From: an uncultured Clostridia bacterium
Lineage (GTDB): Bacteria > Bacillota > Clostridia > Oscillospirales > CAG-382
DNA length: 64,000 nt
Reading direction: 5' to 3'
Assembly (NCBI GenBank): GCA_944375955.1
Contig: CALWBE010000016.1
Location: 9,405-73,404, forward strand
The notes below the pieces were generated by a model. It was given only the letters and a program-made list of their open reading frames with translations, had not been told where the DNA came from and searched no databases. This document shows positions 26,225 to 35,594 of this stretch, one piece after another; position 1 is the first letter of the stretch, and every line of letters begins with the position of its first letter. The position numbers were made by a program, and so were the translations under genes.

Positions 26225-27802
26225 TTATTTACCACTGTCTCCGTAGTTTGACAGCACGCGCGCAGATGGATCGTCGACAGCACAGCCTTCCCATGCTTTG
26301 TTCGGCATCCAGAAATCAGGTATCATTTCTGCCTGTCCCGGATAATACTTCTCAAATATCTCCCTATAAAGCAGAGATTCTTTTGTAAATGGAGTGCAGT
26401 ACCCATACATTTGTGCCTTTTCTTTAAATTCAGAATCGGTATAAGCATGTTCGGCATATTCCTTTAAGTGATCTACCATGGAATGCCCCACAGCATCAGA
26501 AAACGCTGCTTTCTCTCTATACAGTATATCATGCGGCAAATAATCGCCTTCAAATGCATGTCTTAAAAGATATTTGCCTTTTTTGTATTTATTCATTTTT
26601 TTCTCAGGATCAATAGACATAACATATTTTACAAAATCAAGATCACCAAACGGTACTCTCGCCTCGAGTGAATTTACCGAAATGCATCTGTCTGCACGCA
26701 AAACGTCATATGTATGAAGTTCACGCAGACGTTTCTGCGCTTCCTTTTGAAATTCCTCCGCAGAAGGAGCGAAATCAGTATACTTATATCCAAACAGTTC
26801 ATCTGAAATTTCTCCCGTAAGCAACACGCGTATATCTGTCGTTTCATGTATAGCTTTGCATACAAGATACATACCTATACTTGCGCGTATCGTAGTAATA
26901 TCAAATGTCCCCAGAATAGAAATAACTGTCTCGAGCGATGATATTACATCATCTTTTGATATAATAACCTCCGTATGTTCGCTTCCTATATATTCGGCAA
27001 CCTCTTTTGCATATTTTAAATCTATTGCGTCCTCGCTCATTCCTATCGCAAAGGTTCTGATAGGGGATTCGCTTTTTTTTGCGGCAACCGAACATACAAG
27101 CGATGAATCAAGTCCTCCGCTAAGCAAAAATCCCACTTTAGCATCCGCTATAAGCCGCTTTTCTATTCCTGCTATAAGCTTTTCTCTAATATTTTTGCAC
27201 ACGGTATCTATGTCGTCATATACATATTTTTCAACTGCAGCTATATCTCTGTAACATTTAAATTCGCCGTCTTTATAATAATATCCCGGAGGAAATGGTT
27301 TAATCTTTTTGCACAGACCTACAAGGTTTTTTGCCTCGCTTGCAAATACAATTGCATTTTTCGAATCATATCCGTAATACAGCGGTCTTATTCCTATTGG
27401 ATCTCTTGCCGCTATCCAGCTGCAGCTTTCGCTGTCATATAATATACACGCAAATTCCGCATCAAGCATCTTAAACATTTCCACACCGTATTCTTTATAA
27501 AGCGGCAAAAGAACCTCACAGTCGGAATCACTGTGAAATGTATATTTTCCTTCAAGCTCATTTCTGAACTTCTTGAATCCATATATTTCTCCATTGCATA
27601 CAAGATAACTTCCGTCAAGCTCGAACGGCTGCATACCTGAATCAGTAAGTCCCATTATTGCAAGACGGTGAAATCCTATAAGTCCGTCTCCCGTATATAT
27701 TATTCTTGTATCATCAGGTCCCCTTGAGATAGTACGGTCAAAATATTTCTTAAATTCATCAAATGAAACACCGCTTGTGCAGTAACCCATTATTGAACAC
27801 AT
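26225..27802 (-). CDS. asnB: asparagine synthase (glutamine-hydrolysing)
   Basis: The start is chosen at ATG 27802 so the N-terminus is M-C (MCSIMGYC), as the Ntn amidotransferase nucleophile Cys2 requires. SGGLDSS is the PP-loop. The ORF track extends to 27859. Confidence 0.9.
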   Translation of the reverse strand: MCSIMGYCTSGVSFDEFKKYFDRTISRGPDDTRIIYTGDGLIGFHRLAIMGLTDSGMQPFELDGSYLVCNGEIYGFKKFRNELEGKYTFHSDSDCEVLLPLYKEYGVEMFKMLDAEFACILYDSESCSWIAARDPIGIRPLYYGYDSKNAIVFASEAKNLVGLCKKIKPFPPGYYYKDGEFKCYRDIAAVEKYVYDDIDTVCKNIREKLIAGIEKRLIADAKVGFLLSGGLDSSLVCSVAAKKSESPIRTFAIGMSEDAIDLKYAKEVAEYIGSEHTEVIISKDDVISSLETVISILGTFDITTIRASIGMYLVCKAIHETTDIRVLLTGEISDELFGYKYTDFAPSAEEFQKEAQKRLRELHTYDVLRADRCISVNSLEARVPFGDLDFVKYVMSIDPEKKMNKYKKGKYLLRHAFEGDYLPHDILYREKAAFSDAVGHSMVDHLKEYAEHAYTDSEFKEKAQMYGYCTPFTKESLLYREIFEKYYPGQAEMIPDFWMPNKAWEGCAVDDPSARVLSNYGDSGK

Positions 27803-27844
27803 AAAAACACCTTCCTTGTAAAAATGTAGATATGTCAGTGTCAG

Positions 27845-28058
27845 CATTACATAGGGCAAGTGCTGCTTCTCGCGGTGCCACCTATGTTTTTATCTCATTT
27901 TGCCAGATAACGCATGGCTACGGCTCGCCTATTTAGAGATTTTAACTCTGTTCAGCTCGCGGCTCAAAAAGTGTTATTCGCGTGCGGAGCGTATGCGGAG
28001 CTCTCACTGTCCCCCGCTCGCTTTTGCCGTTTCCCGCACGCTACTTCTCTTTTTTCCA
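27845..28058 (-). promoter_or_regulatory. T-box leader, probable specifier AAC (Asn), upstream of asnB
   Basis: Minus strand: AGTA-GCGTGCGG...CCGCACGC-GAAU-AAC-A (codon complement at 27973-27975). The T-box is ACATAGGTGGCACCGCG (complement at 27871-27882); UGGC fits discriminator G73 of tRNA-Asn. I could not find a convincing terminator downstream. Confidence 0.55.
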
Positions 28059-28076
28059 ACGCCTTTTCTTTTTATA

Positions 28077-29795
28077 TTATTCCTCAGGATCTTGAAGCGC
28101 TGCATATCCTTCTTCACCGGTGCGGACTTTTATGACGTTTTCTACATCATATACGAAAATCTTTCCGTCTCCTATATGTCCGGTATAAAGAACTTTTTTC
28201 GCTGTATCTATAACACTGCTTACAGGTACCTTGCTGACAACAATATCTATCTGTACTTTAGGCAGCAAATTCGTTTCCACCGGCACGCCGCGGTAATATT
28301 CAGGTTTTCCTTTTTGTACGCCGCAGCCTAAAACATGCGAAACTGTCATGCCCGTAATACCTATATCCATCATAGCGGCTTTAAGCGTCTCAAGTTTTGA
28401 TTCCTTGCATATAATTTCTACTTTTGTCAACTTCGGAGTTCCATCGTTAAACGACGGCATTTTCTTAACCGGAATAGCTTCCGCTGCAGGGACATCACCT
28501 GAAACCACAGCTGCTCCTTCATAACCATAATCCAAATTTTCAATAGCTGTTACAAAGTCAGGATATGCATGGTTTCCATGCTCGCCTATATCCAAACCTG
28601 CTATCTCCTCTTCCGGAGAAACACGTATTCCCATTGTTTTTTTCAGAATCAGCCATACTATACCCGAAGCAATAAACACAAAAGCTCCTACTGATATAAC
28701 GCCAAGCAGTTCTACACCTAAAAGTCTGAAGCCGCCTCCATAAAACAAACCGTTTACTTTTGAAAGGGTCGTTACACCCTCTTTTGCAAACAAGCCTATG
28801 CAAATAGTTCCTAACACGCCGCATCCAAGATGAACAGATGTAGCTCCCACCGGATCATCTATACCAACACGGTCGAAAAACATAACTGCAAAAACAACAA
28901 ATACTCCTGCAATTGCTCCTATTAACAGCGACATTTCAATGCTTATATAAGCACAGCCTCCTGTTATTGCAACAAGTCCTGCAAGACAGCCGTTAACAGT
29001 CATGCCAAGATCAGGCTTTCCTATAAAGATCCATGCAGTTATTGTCGATGTTAAAACTGCCGCTACAGCGGAAGTGTTAGTTGTCATAAGAATATGAATT
29101 ACATCCGCCGGATTTTGGAAACTCATTGTTGAACCGGGATTGAATCCAAACCAACCAAGCCAGAGCACAAACAGTCCTATAACCGCTAATGACATATTGT
29201 GACCCGGAATAGCCCTCGGTTTCCCGTCTTTACCGTATTTTCCAATACGCGGTCCTAATATTATCGCTCCGGCAAGAGCCGCCCATCCTCCTACAGAATG
29301 AACTGCAGTATCTCCTGCAAAATCAAGGAATCCGAGGTCAGCAAGCCATCCGCCGCCCCATATCCAATGTCCGACAATCGGATAAATCACAAGTGTGAGA
29401 ATAAATGAAAACACAATAAAAGATATGTACTTGACTCTTTCTGCCACCGCTCCGGAAACTATTGTCGCCGCAGTTCCGCAGAAAACGAGCTGGAAGAAAA
29501 ATTTTCCCCAAAACGGCACGTTTTCAGTCAAGGTAGAATCATAAAATGATAAATCGGCATTTCCTAATATCCATAAATTTTCTGTACCTAAAAATGGATT
29601 GTCTCCGCCAAACATCAAGCCCCAGCCTAAAAGCAAAAATCCTATAGACGATACGGCAAATACTATAAAGTTTTTTGATAAAATATTTACCGTATTTTTA
29701 GATCTTGCAAAACCTGACTCCACAGATGCAAATCCGAGATTCATAAAAAATACCAAAATCGATGCCAAAAACACCCATAATGTATCTATCAACAT
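28077..29795 (-). CDS. amtB: ammonium transporter (Amt) fused to a C-terminal PII (GlnK-like) domain
   Basis: Residues 1-~420 are Amt/MEP (DFAGDTAVHSVGGWAALAGAIILGPRIGKY, 11 TM segments). The last ~112 aa are PII (KVEIICKESKLETLKAAMMDIGITGMTVSHVLGCGVQKG..YRG...GDGKIFVYDVENVIKVRTGEEG). Confidence 0.85.
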   Translation of the reverse strand: MLIDTLWVFLASILVFFMNLGFASVESGFARSKNTVNILSKNFIVFAVSSIGFLLLGWGLMFGGDNPFLGTENLWILGNADLSFYDSTLTENVPFWGKFFFQLVFCGTAATIVSGAVAERVKYISFIVFSFILTLVIYPIVGHWIWGGGWLADLGFLDFAGDTAVHSVGGWAALAGAIILGPRIGKYGKDGKPRAIPGHNMSLAVIGLFVLWLGWFGFNPGSTMSFQNPADVIHILMTTNTSAVAAVLTSTITAWIFIGKPDLGMTVNGCLAGLVAITGGCAYISIEMSLLIGAIAGVFVVFAVMFFDRVGIDDPVGATSVHLGCGVLGTICIGLFAKEGVTTLSKVNGLFYGGGFRLLGVELLGVISVGAFVFIASGIVWLILKKTMGIRVSPEEEIAGLDIGEHGNHAYPDFVTAIENLDYGYEGAAVVSGDVPAAEAIPVKKMPSFNDGTPKLTKVEIICKESKLETLKAAMMDIGITGMTVSHVLGCGVQKGKPEYYRGVPVETNLLPKVQIDIVVSKVPVSSVIDTAKKVLYTGHIGDGKIFVYDVENVIKVRTGEEGYAALQDPEE

Positions 29796-29828
29796 TTCAT
29801 TTCCCCCCTAATATGTTGTCTAATATTG

Positions 29829-31925
29829 TTATCTAACACCGAAAAGAAGTTCTCCGTATGTCGGGAACGGCCAGTATTTTGCCGATGTAATTGTCTCCGC
29901 CTCATCACATGGGATGCGAAGCTCTGACATCCTTGGAAGTATCTCATCTCTGATATAACAGGATTCCTCCGCAATATCCGATATCGACGCTGACTTCGCT
30001 ATAGCTTCATCAAGCTCCGCAGCTTTTTCGGCTATCCTGTCAGTAAGTATTGAAAGCTGCTTTACAAGTCCCTTTTCATATCCGCAGGTAAGTGTCGGAT
30101 CTACGGCAAGCTTTTTTGCCGCTGCCGCTGAAACATCCGCAGCATAATTTTCTATCGCAGGCAGTATTTCTTTCTTAGCAATATCTGTCATTGTCCTTGC
30201 TTCAATACCTACTGTTTTAGTATAATTTTCAAGCATAATCTCAAATCTGCTCTTTAATTCTGTTTCGGTAAATACCTTATGACGTGTAAGCATATCAACA
30301 TTCTTCTTTGAAAGCAGATACGGCATGCAATCCGGTGTAGTTCTTAAATTGAGAAGCCCTCTCTTCTCTGTCGCTTCTTTAATCCATTCGTCGTCATAAC
30401 CGTTACCGTTGAATATTATTCTCTTGTGTTCATGTATAGTTTCTTTTATGATCCTATGAAGCTCAGCATCAAAGTCTGCAGCTGTTTCAAGCCTATCAGC
30501 AAATATCTTTAAACTCTCCGCTACCGCACTGTTGAGCATTATATTTGCACATGAAATACTGTTTGAAGAGCCAAGCATGCGAAATTCAAATTTGTTTCCG
30601 GTAAATGCAAATGGACTTGTTCTGTTGCGGTCTGTTGTGTCCCGTATAAATTTCGGAAGTACATGTACTCCAAGTTTCATCTCGGTTTTTTCCGCCGCAC
30701 TGTATGGCGTATTGTTTTCTATTGCTTCAAGGACCCCTTCAAGTTCATCTCCCAGGAAAATCGAAACAACCGCCGGTGGAGCTTCATTTGCTCCCAGCCT
30801 ATGGTCATTTCCCGCTGTTGCAACCGAGAGTCTTAAAAGATCCTGATAATCATCTACCGCCTTGATAACCGCTACAAGAAACAGCAAAAACTGAGCATTT
30901 TCATACGGCGTCTCGCCCGGTGTTAACAAATTTATACCTGTATCTGTAGCAATCGACCAGTTGTTATGCTTTCCCGAACCATTGACTCCAGCAAACGGCT
31001 TTTCATGAAGCAAACATACAAGACCATGCTTTTCTGCTACTTTCTGCATTATTTCCATTGTCAGCTGGTTATGGTCGGTTGCTATATTAGTTGTTGAATA
31101 GATAGGTGCAAGTTCATGCTGTGCAGGCGCAACCTCGTTGTGTTCCGTTTTTGCAAGCACTCCAAGCTTCCAAAGTTCTTCGTTAAGTTCTGCCATGTAT
31201 GCTGCAACTCTAGGCTTTATTATGCCGAAATAATGATCGTCCATTTCCTGACCTTTCGGCGGCTTAGCTCCGAAAAGAGTTCTGCCTGTGAAAATCAGAT
31301 CACGGCGCTTATTATATATCTCCCTGTCTACAAGAAAATATTCCTGCTCAGGTCCGACTGATGTCCTTACACATTTTACGCTGTCATTTCCGAACAAACG
31401 CAGTATACGAAGCGCCTGCTTATTGAGCGCCTGCATTGAACGAAGCAAAGGTGTTTTTTTATCGAGAGCTTCGCCTCCGTACGAGCAGAATGCTGTCGGT
31501 ATACAAAGCGTCTTACCCTTGATAAAAGCATACGATGTCGGATCCCATGCCGTGTATCCTCTTGCCTCAAATGTTGCCCTCAACCCTCCTGAAGGGAATG
31601 ATGAAGCATCCGGTTCGCCTTTTATAAGTTCCTTACCCGAAAACTCCATTATTACTCCTCCGTCAGGTGACGGAGAAATAAAACTATCATGCTTTTCCGC
31701 TGTGATTCCTGTCATCGGCTGAAACCAGTGAGTAAAATGTGTGGCTCCTAAGGATATCGCCCAATCTTTCATGGCTTCCGCTACGGCATTGGCAACCGAA
31801 ATATCAAGCTTCGCTCCTTCGTCGATAGTCTTTCTCAGCGAATTATATATTTTGCCGGAAAGCCTTGCTTTCATTATTCTGTCATCAAAGACCATACATC
31901 CAAAATATTCTGGTACTGTTTTCAT
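29829..31925 (-). CDS. glnN: type III glutamine synthetase
   Basis: About 698 aa. [15 protein letters not shown]...[13 protein letters not shown]...[14 protein letters not shown] is typical of GSIII. The start at ATG 31925 has AAAGGA upstream; the ORF track extends to 31985. Confidence 0.9.
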   Translation of the reverse strand: MKTVPEYFGCMVFDDRIMKARLSGKIYNSLRKTIDEGAKLDISVANAVAEAMKDWAISLGATHFTHWFQPMTGITAEKHDSFISPSPDGGVIMEFSGKELIKGEPDASSFPSGGLRATFEARGYTAWDPTSYAFIKGKTLCIPTAFCSYGGEALDKKTPLLRSMQALNKQALRILRLFGNDSVKCVRTSVGPEQEYFLVDREIYNKRRDLIFTGRTLFGAKPPKGQEMDDHYFGIIKPRVAAYMAELNEELWKLGVLAKTEHNEVAPAQHELAPIYSTTNIATDHNQLTMEIMQKVAEKHGLVCLLHEKPFAGVNGSGKHNNWSIATDTGINLLTPGETPYENAQFLLFLVAVIKAVDDYQDLLRLSVATAGNDHRLGANEAPPAVVSIFLGDELEGVLEAIENNTPYSAAEKTEMKLGVHVLPKFIRDTTDRNRTSPFAFTGNKFEFRMLGSSNSISCANIMLNSAVAESLKIFADRLETAADFDAELHRIIKETIHEHKRIIFNGNGYDDEWIKEATEKRGLLNLRTTPDCMPYLLSKKNVDMLTRHKVFTETELKSRFEIMLENYTKTVGIEARTMTDIAKKEILPAIENYAADVSAAAAKKLAVDPTLTCGYEKGLVKQLSILTDRIAEKAAELDEAIAKSASISDIAEESCYIRDEILPRMSELRIPCDEAETITSAKYWPFPTYGELLFGVR

Positions 31926-31957
31926 AATCGGGGTCATCCTTTCAAAGAATTTTAAAA

Positions 31958-32012
31958 TAAAAAAAGGCAAGGACACTGCGAGCACTTATATGCTCAAGGC
32001 GTCCTTGCCTTT
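31958..32012 (-). promoter_or_regulatory. glnN-amtB leader: intrinsic terminator with two mutually exclusive small hairpins (candidate ANTAR-type antitermination site)
   Basis: Minus strand: the terminator GGCAAGGAC...GTCCTTGCC + T7. The alternative structures are AAGGC-AAGGAC-GCCTT (31996-32011) and the directly adjacent GAGCA-TATAAG-TGCTC (31980-31995). The first hexaloop has A1/G4. Confidence 0.45.
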
Positions 32013-32022
32013 CATGTGTGTT

Positions 32023-32051
32023 ATTATATTACATTTTTTTTCATTTGTCAA
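32023..32051 (-). promoter_or_regulatory. sigma-A type promoter of the glnN operon
   Basis: Minus strand: TTGACA (32046-32051), 17 nt, TATAAT (32023-32028). Confidence 0.6.
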
Positions 32052-32225
32052 TAGCTTTTTTAAATTTTTTTATTTTTATTTTTATGTCTAAAATATATCC
32101 TTTAAAAATATAACATATTTTTGTACACTAAACAAAATATTTTTTTATTATTGATTTTTTACACAATTTATAGGATAATAATATTATATAAATTATATGA
32201 ACATTAATGATTTTCGGAGGCAAAA

Positions 32226-32915
32226 ATGGAAGAAACAACAAATAAGAATTTCAGTTCAGACAATATTCTTCGGGAAAATCTGATATTCGCAGGGCTGGAC
32301 GACAGAGATCTTAATAAAGCTAAAGATTTTTTTTCAATGTATCAAAAGGATTACAAAAAGGACGAAATAATTAAAAAGCCCGGTGAATATATGCAATCTT
32401 TCGGAATCGTTATCCGCGGAAATGTCATTGCATATATGGATGATATAGACGGAAACCACATGATAGTGACTAACGTTTTCCCATCGGAAGCTTTTGGAGA
32501 AGCACTTTGCTTTCTTGAGGTACGTGAAGTACCTATTTATATAAAAGCTTTCACCGACTGCCGAATAGCATGGCTGTCACCTGAAAAAATCAAATCTCCT
32601 TCATCGGAAATTTCCGGCAGCTTATATACATCTCTGACAACACGTTATATTTCAATGCTGTCTGACAGAATGCTGGCTATGAACGACAGGATCCAAGTCT
32701 TGTCTAAGAATTCTCTTAGAAGAAAACTTACAACGTTTTTCTCCCAGTGCGAACACAGATACGGGCAAAATACATTTGATATATCAATGTCGCGGTATGA
32801 CCTTGCAGTTTATCTCGGCGTAGACAGAAGCGCTTTGTCGAGAGAACTTTCCGCAATGAAAAATGAAGGAATTATTGAATTTTACAAAAACTCTTTTCGT
32901 CTTTTAAATAAATAA
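32226..32915 (+). CDS. Crp/Fnr-family transcriptional regulator
   Basis: It has a cNMP-binding-like beta-barrel plus the C-terminal HTH MSRYDLAVYLGVDRSALSRELSAMKNEGII. Confidence 0.8.
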   Translation: MEETTNKNFSSDNILRENLIFAGLDDRDLNKAKDFFSMYQKDYKKDEIIKKPGEYMQSFGIVIRGNVIAYMDDIDGNHMIVTNVFPSEAFGEALCFLEVREVPIYIKAFTDCRIAWLSPEKIKSPSSEISGSLYTSLTTRYISMLSDRMLAMNDRIQVLSKNSLRRKLTTFFSQCEHRYGQNTFDISMSRYDLAVYLGVDRSALSRELSAMKNEGIIEFYKNSFRLLNK

Positions 32916-33117
32916 CTTGTTTTTTAGCTTTATTGCGTTGCAATTGCAACGCACGAAATCTGAAGTATATGTATAATATATTTGTGCGTTAAATATTTGT
33001 CAAAATTTGTATTTGACGTCATAATTTATATTTTTTATTTTTAATGCTTATGGTTTATTAAATAGTTCTCTTTACAAAAATCATATGCGTCAATACTTTG
33101 AAAGGACTGAAATAATC

Positions 33118-34200
33118 ATGAAAAAACTTCTTGCAGCGCTTCTTGTATTTGCTGTTGCCTCAGTATCCTTTGCCGCATGTTCAACCTCAAACGAACCCGG
33201 CAATGATTCCGATATCAACAGTCAGGAAAACAATCAGGAGAATAATTCGGAAACAGACGATAAAAATTCCGATGGAAACACTGAAGAAATACCAGAACAA
33301 ACCGAAGATACTGTCGTACGCCTTGCCGGTCTTAAAGGTCCTACTTCTATGGGACTTGTAAATCTGCTCGCTTCCGACGAAGCCGGAACTTCCAAGAATG
33401 ATTATGAGTTCACAATCGCGGCTACAGCAGACGAAATAAATCCGCTTCTTATAAAAGGCGAACTTGATGTCGCCGCTATTCCGGCAAATCTTGCTTCTGT
33501 TCTTTACAACAACACTGACGGAAACATTCAGATACTTGCCGTCAATACTCTCGGAGTCATTTATATAGTTGAAAAAGGCGTTGACATCTCTGATATATCT
33601 GATCTCGCAGGCAAAACTATTTATGCTACGGGAAAAGGCTCCACCCCTGAATATGCTTTAAGATATATCCTTGAACAAAATGGCATTGACCCTGACAATG
33701 ATGTTACTATAGAATTTAAAAGCGAACCTGCTGAAATCGTCGCTCTTCTAAGCGAAAATGGCAGCGGAGTCGCTATGCTTCCCCAGCCTTATGTAACCGT
33801 TGCTGAAACTACAGTTGAAGGTCTTAAAACTGTTATCGATCTCAACAGCGAATGGGATAAGCTTGATACAGGTTCAAAACTCGTAACCGGCGTTGTTGTG
33901 GCGCGCAAAGAATTTGTAGAAAATTACCCGCAGACAATTAAAAATTTCCTTGACGAATATGAACAATCAGCAGAGCTTGCTCTTACTGATGTCGACGGAA
34001 CAGCTGAACTCGTTGAAAAATACGGTATTGTAAAAGCTGCCGTTGCAAAAAAAGCTCTTCCTTACTGCAACATCAAATTTATGCGCGGTGAAGAAATGAA
34101 AAAAGCTGTATCCGGCTATCTTACAATCTTGTCAAATCAGGATATAAAAGCTATCGGCGGAAAGCTTCCTGAAGATGACTTCTATTATATAGCTGAATAA
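33118..34200 (+). CDS. ABC transporter substrate-binding lipoprotein (NMT1/SsuA/NitT-TauT-like)
   Basis: The signal peptide MKKLLAALLVFAVASVSFAA-CS has a lipobox. An N/E/D-rich linker is followed by a periplasmic-binding fold. Confidence 0.75.
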   Translation: MKKLLAALLVFAVASVSFAACSTSNEPGNDSDINSQENNQENNSETDDKNSDGNTEEIPEQTEDTVVRLAGLKGPTSMGLVNLLASDEAGTSKNDYEFTIAATADEINPLLIKGELDVAAIPANLASVLYNNTDGNIQILAVNTLGVIYIVEKGVDISDISDLAGKTIYATGKGSTPEYALRYILEQNGIDPDNDVTIEFKSEPAEIVALLSENGSGVAMLPQPYVTVAETTVEGLKTVIDLNSEWDKLDTGSKLVTGVVVARKEFVENYPQTIKNFLDEYEQSAELALTDVDGTAELVEKYGIVKAAVAKKALPYCNIKFMRGEEMKKAVSGYLTILSNQDIKAIGGKLPEDDFYYIAE

Positions 34201-34216
34201 TATTCTCCCTCAAATA

Positions 34217-34975
34217 ATGATGAGAGTAAAAAATATATTTGTACGTGTCTTTGCGGTCGTTTTGGCTCTCGGCACGTGGCAAGCTGCGTCAGCTGCGTTT
34301 AAATCGGATTTGATACTTGTTTCTCCTGTAAACGTTCTGATGCGCCTTACAACAATATGGACTGAAGAAGGGTTTTTTTCCACCCTTCTTTCAAGTTTTT
34401 CTCATATTACCACAGGTTTCTTCGCCGGGCTTTTATCCGGTGCAGTTCTCGCTGTTGCCGCGGGACGTTTTAAAGCAATTGAGATATTATTAAGGCCTTA
34501 TATGACTGTAATAAAATCTGTTCCCGTTGCTTCTTTCATTATAGTCGCTATTATGGTATTCTCATCGGTATATCTTTCGATATTTATTTCTTTTCTTATG
34601 TCTTTGCCGGTAGTATACACAAATCTGCTTGCCGGAATAAAAAATACCGATAAAAAAATGACTGAAATGGCTGATATCTTCGGACTATCCTGGCAAAAAA
34701 GATTTTTATACATAATCCTTCCAGGACTTCGGCCTTATATACTTTCTGCCTGCAGTCTTTCCGTAGGTCTTGCCTGGAAATCAGGTGTTGCAGCCGAGCT
34801 TATTGGCATTCCTGCCGGTTCTGTAGGCGAAGCGTTATATTATACCAAAGTTTATTTCGATTCTGTGGATCTTTTCGCATGGACTGTAATTATAGTCGCA
34901 GTAAGTCTTATTTTTGAAAAACTTATAACACTGCTCATAAAAATGGCTTTTGCCGCATTGGAGAGAAAAAAATGA
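34217..34975 (+). CDS. ABC transporter permease (NitT/TauT-type)
   Basis: 252 aa with 6 TM segments and an EAA-like loop region. It overlaps the next gene by 4 nt. Confidence 0.75.
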   Translation: MMRVKNIFVRVFAVVLALGTWQAASAAFKSDLILVSPVNVLMRLTTIWTEEGFFSTLLSSFSHITTGFFAGLLSGAVLAVAAGRFKAIEILLRPYMTVIKSVPVASFIIVAIMVFSSVYLSIFISFLMSLPVVYTNLLAGIKNTDKKMTEMADIFGLSWQKRFLYIILPGLRPYILSACSLSVGLAWKSGVAAELIGIPAGSVGEALYYTKVYFDSVDLFAWTVIIVAVSLIFEKLITLLIKMAFAALERKK

Positions 34976-35535
34976 GCATATTACTTCAAAATATCTATAA
35001 AAGTTTTGACGGATTAAAAGTTCTTGAAAACTTTTCTCTTGAACTTGAAGACGGCAGCATAACATGTATTATGGGAGAATCCGGCATAGGCAAAACTACG
35101 CTTGCACGAATAATTCTCGGACTTGAAATTCCTGACAGTGGAATTGTATCCGGTGTTCCGAAAAAAACTGCCGCTGTTTTTCAGGAAGACAGACTGTGCG
35201 ATAGCTTTTCCGCAATTGTTAACGTCAGGATCGCAACTCAAAAAAGCAACAGTGAAATACTTGAATGTCTTAATGCTTTAGGTATAGGTAAATTTGCAGG
35301 AAAGCCGGTTTACAAGCTGTCAGGCGGTATGAAACGGCGCGTGGCTATTGCACGGGCGCTGCTTTTTGACGCTGAGTTTATTGTCTTTGACGAGCCTTTT
35401 AAAGGGCTCGATTCAGATACCAGAAAAACCGTTATCGATTATATACTTGAAAAAGCTAAAGGAAAAACTTTGCTTTTTATTACCCACAGTAAAGAAGAAG
35501 CAGAACTTCTCGGTGCTGAAATTATAAATATTTAA
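34972..35535 (+). CDS. ABC transporter ATP-binding protein (short, 187 aa)
   Basis: Walker A GESGIGKTT, signature LSGGMKRRVAIARAL and Walker B FIVFDEPF. Confidence 0.85.
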   Translation: MSILLQNIYKSFDGLKVLENFSLELEDGSITCIMGESGIGKTTLARIILGLEIPDSGIVSGVPKKTAAVFQEDRLCDSFSAIVNVRIATQKSNSEILECLNALGIGKFAGKPVYKLSGGMKRRVAIARALLFDAEFIVFDEPFKGLDSDTRKTVIDYILEKAKGKTLLFITHSKEEAELLGAEIINI

Positions 35536-35550
35536 AAGTATAAACTAAAA

Positions 35551-35591
35551 AGCCTTTAAATTTACACTTATGTAAATTTAAAGGCTTTTTT
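35551..35591. terminator. bidirectional terminator between the ABC operon and the GH13 gene
   Basis: AGCCTTTAAATTTACA-loop-TGTAAATTTAAAGGCT, with A-run and T-run flanks. Confidence 0.75.
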
Positions 35592-35594
35592 GCA

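Noticed and set aside
27803-27859. 19-codon N-terminal extension of asnB; likewise 31926-31985 for glnN, 59815-59901 for rplK and 61297-61386 for rplU
   Set aside because: The downstream starts give canonical N-termini (MC... for the Ntn amidotransferase, [12 protein letters not shown]...) with proper RBSs. The extensions run through leader or terminator sequence.
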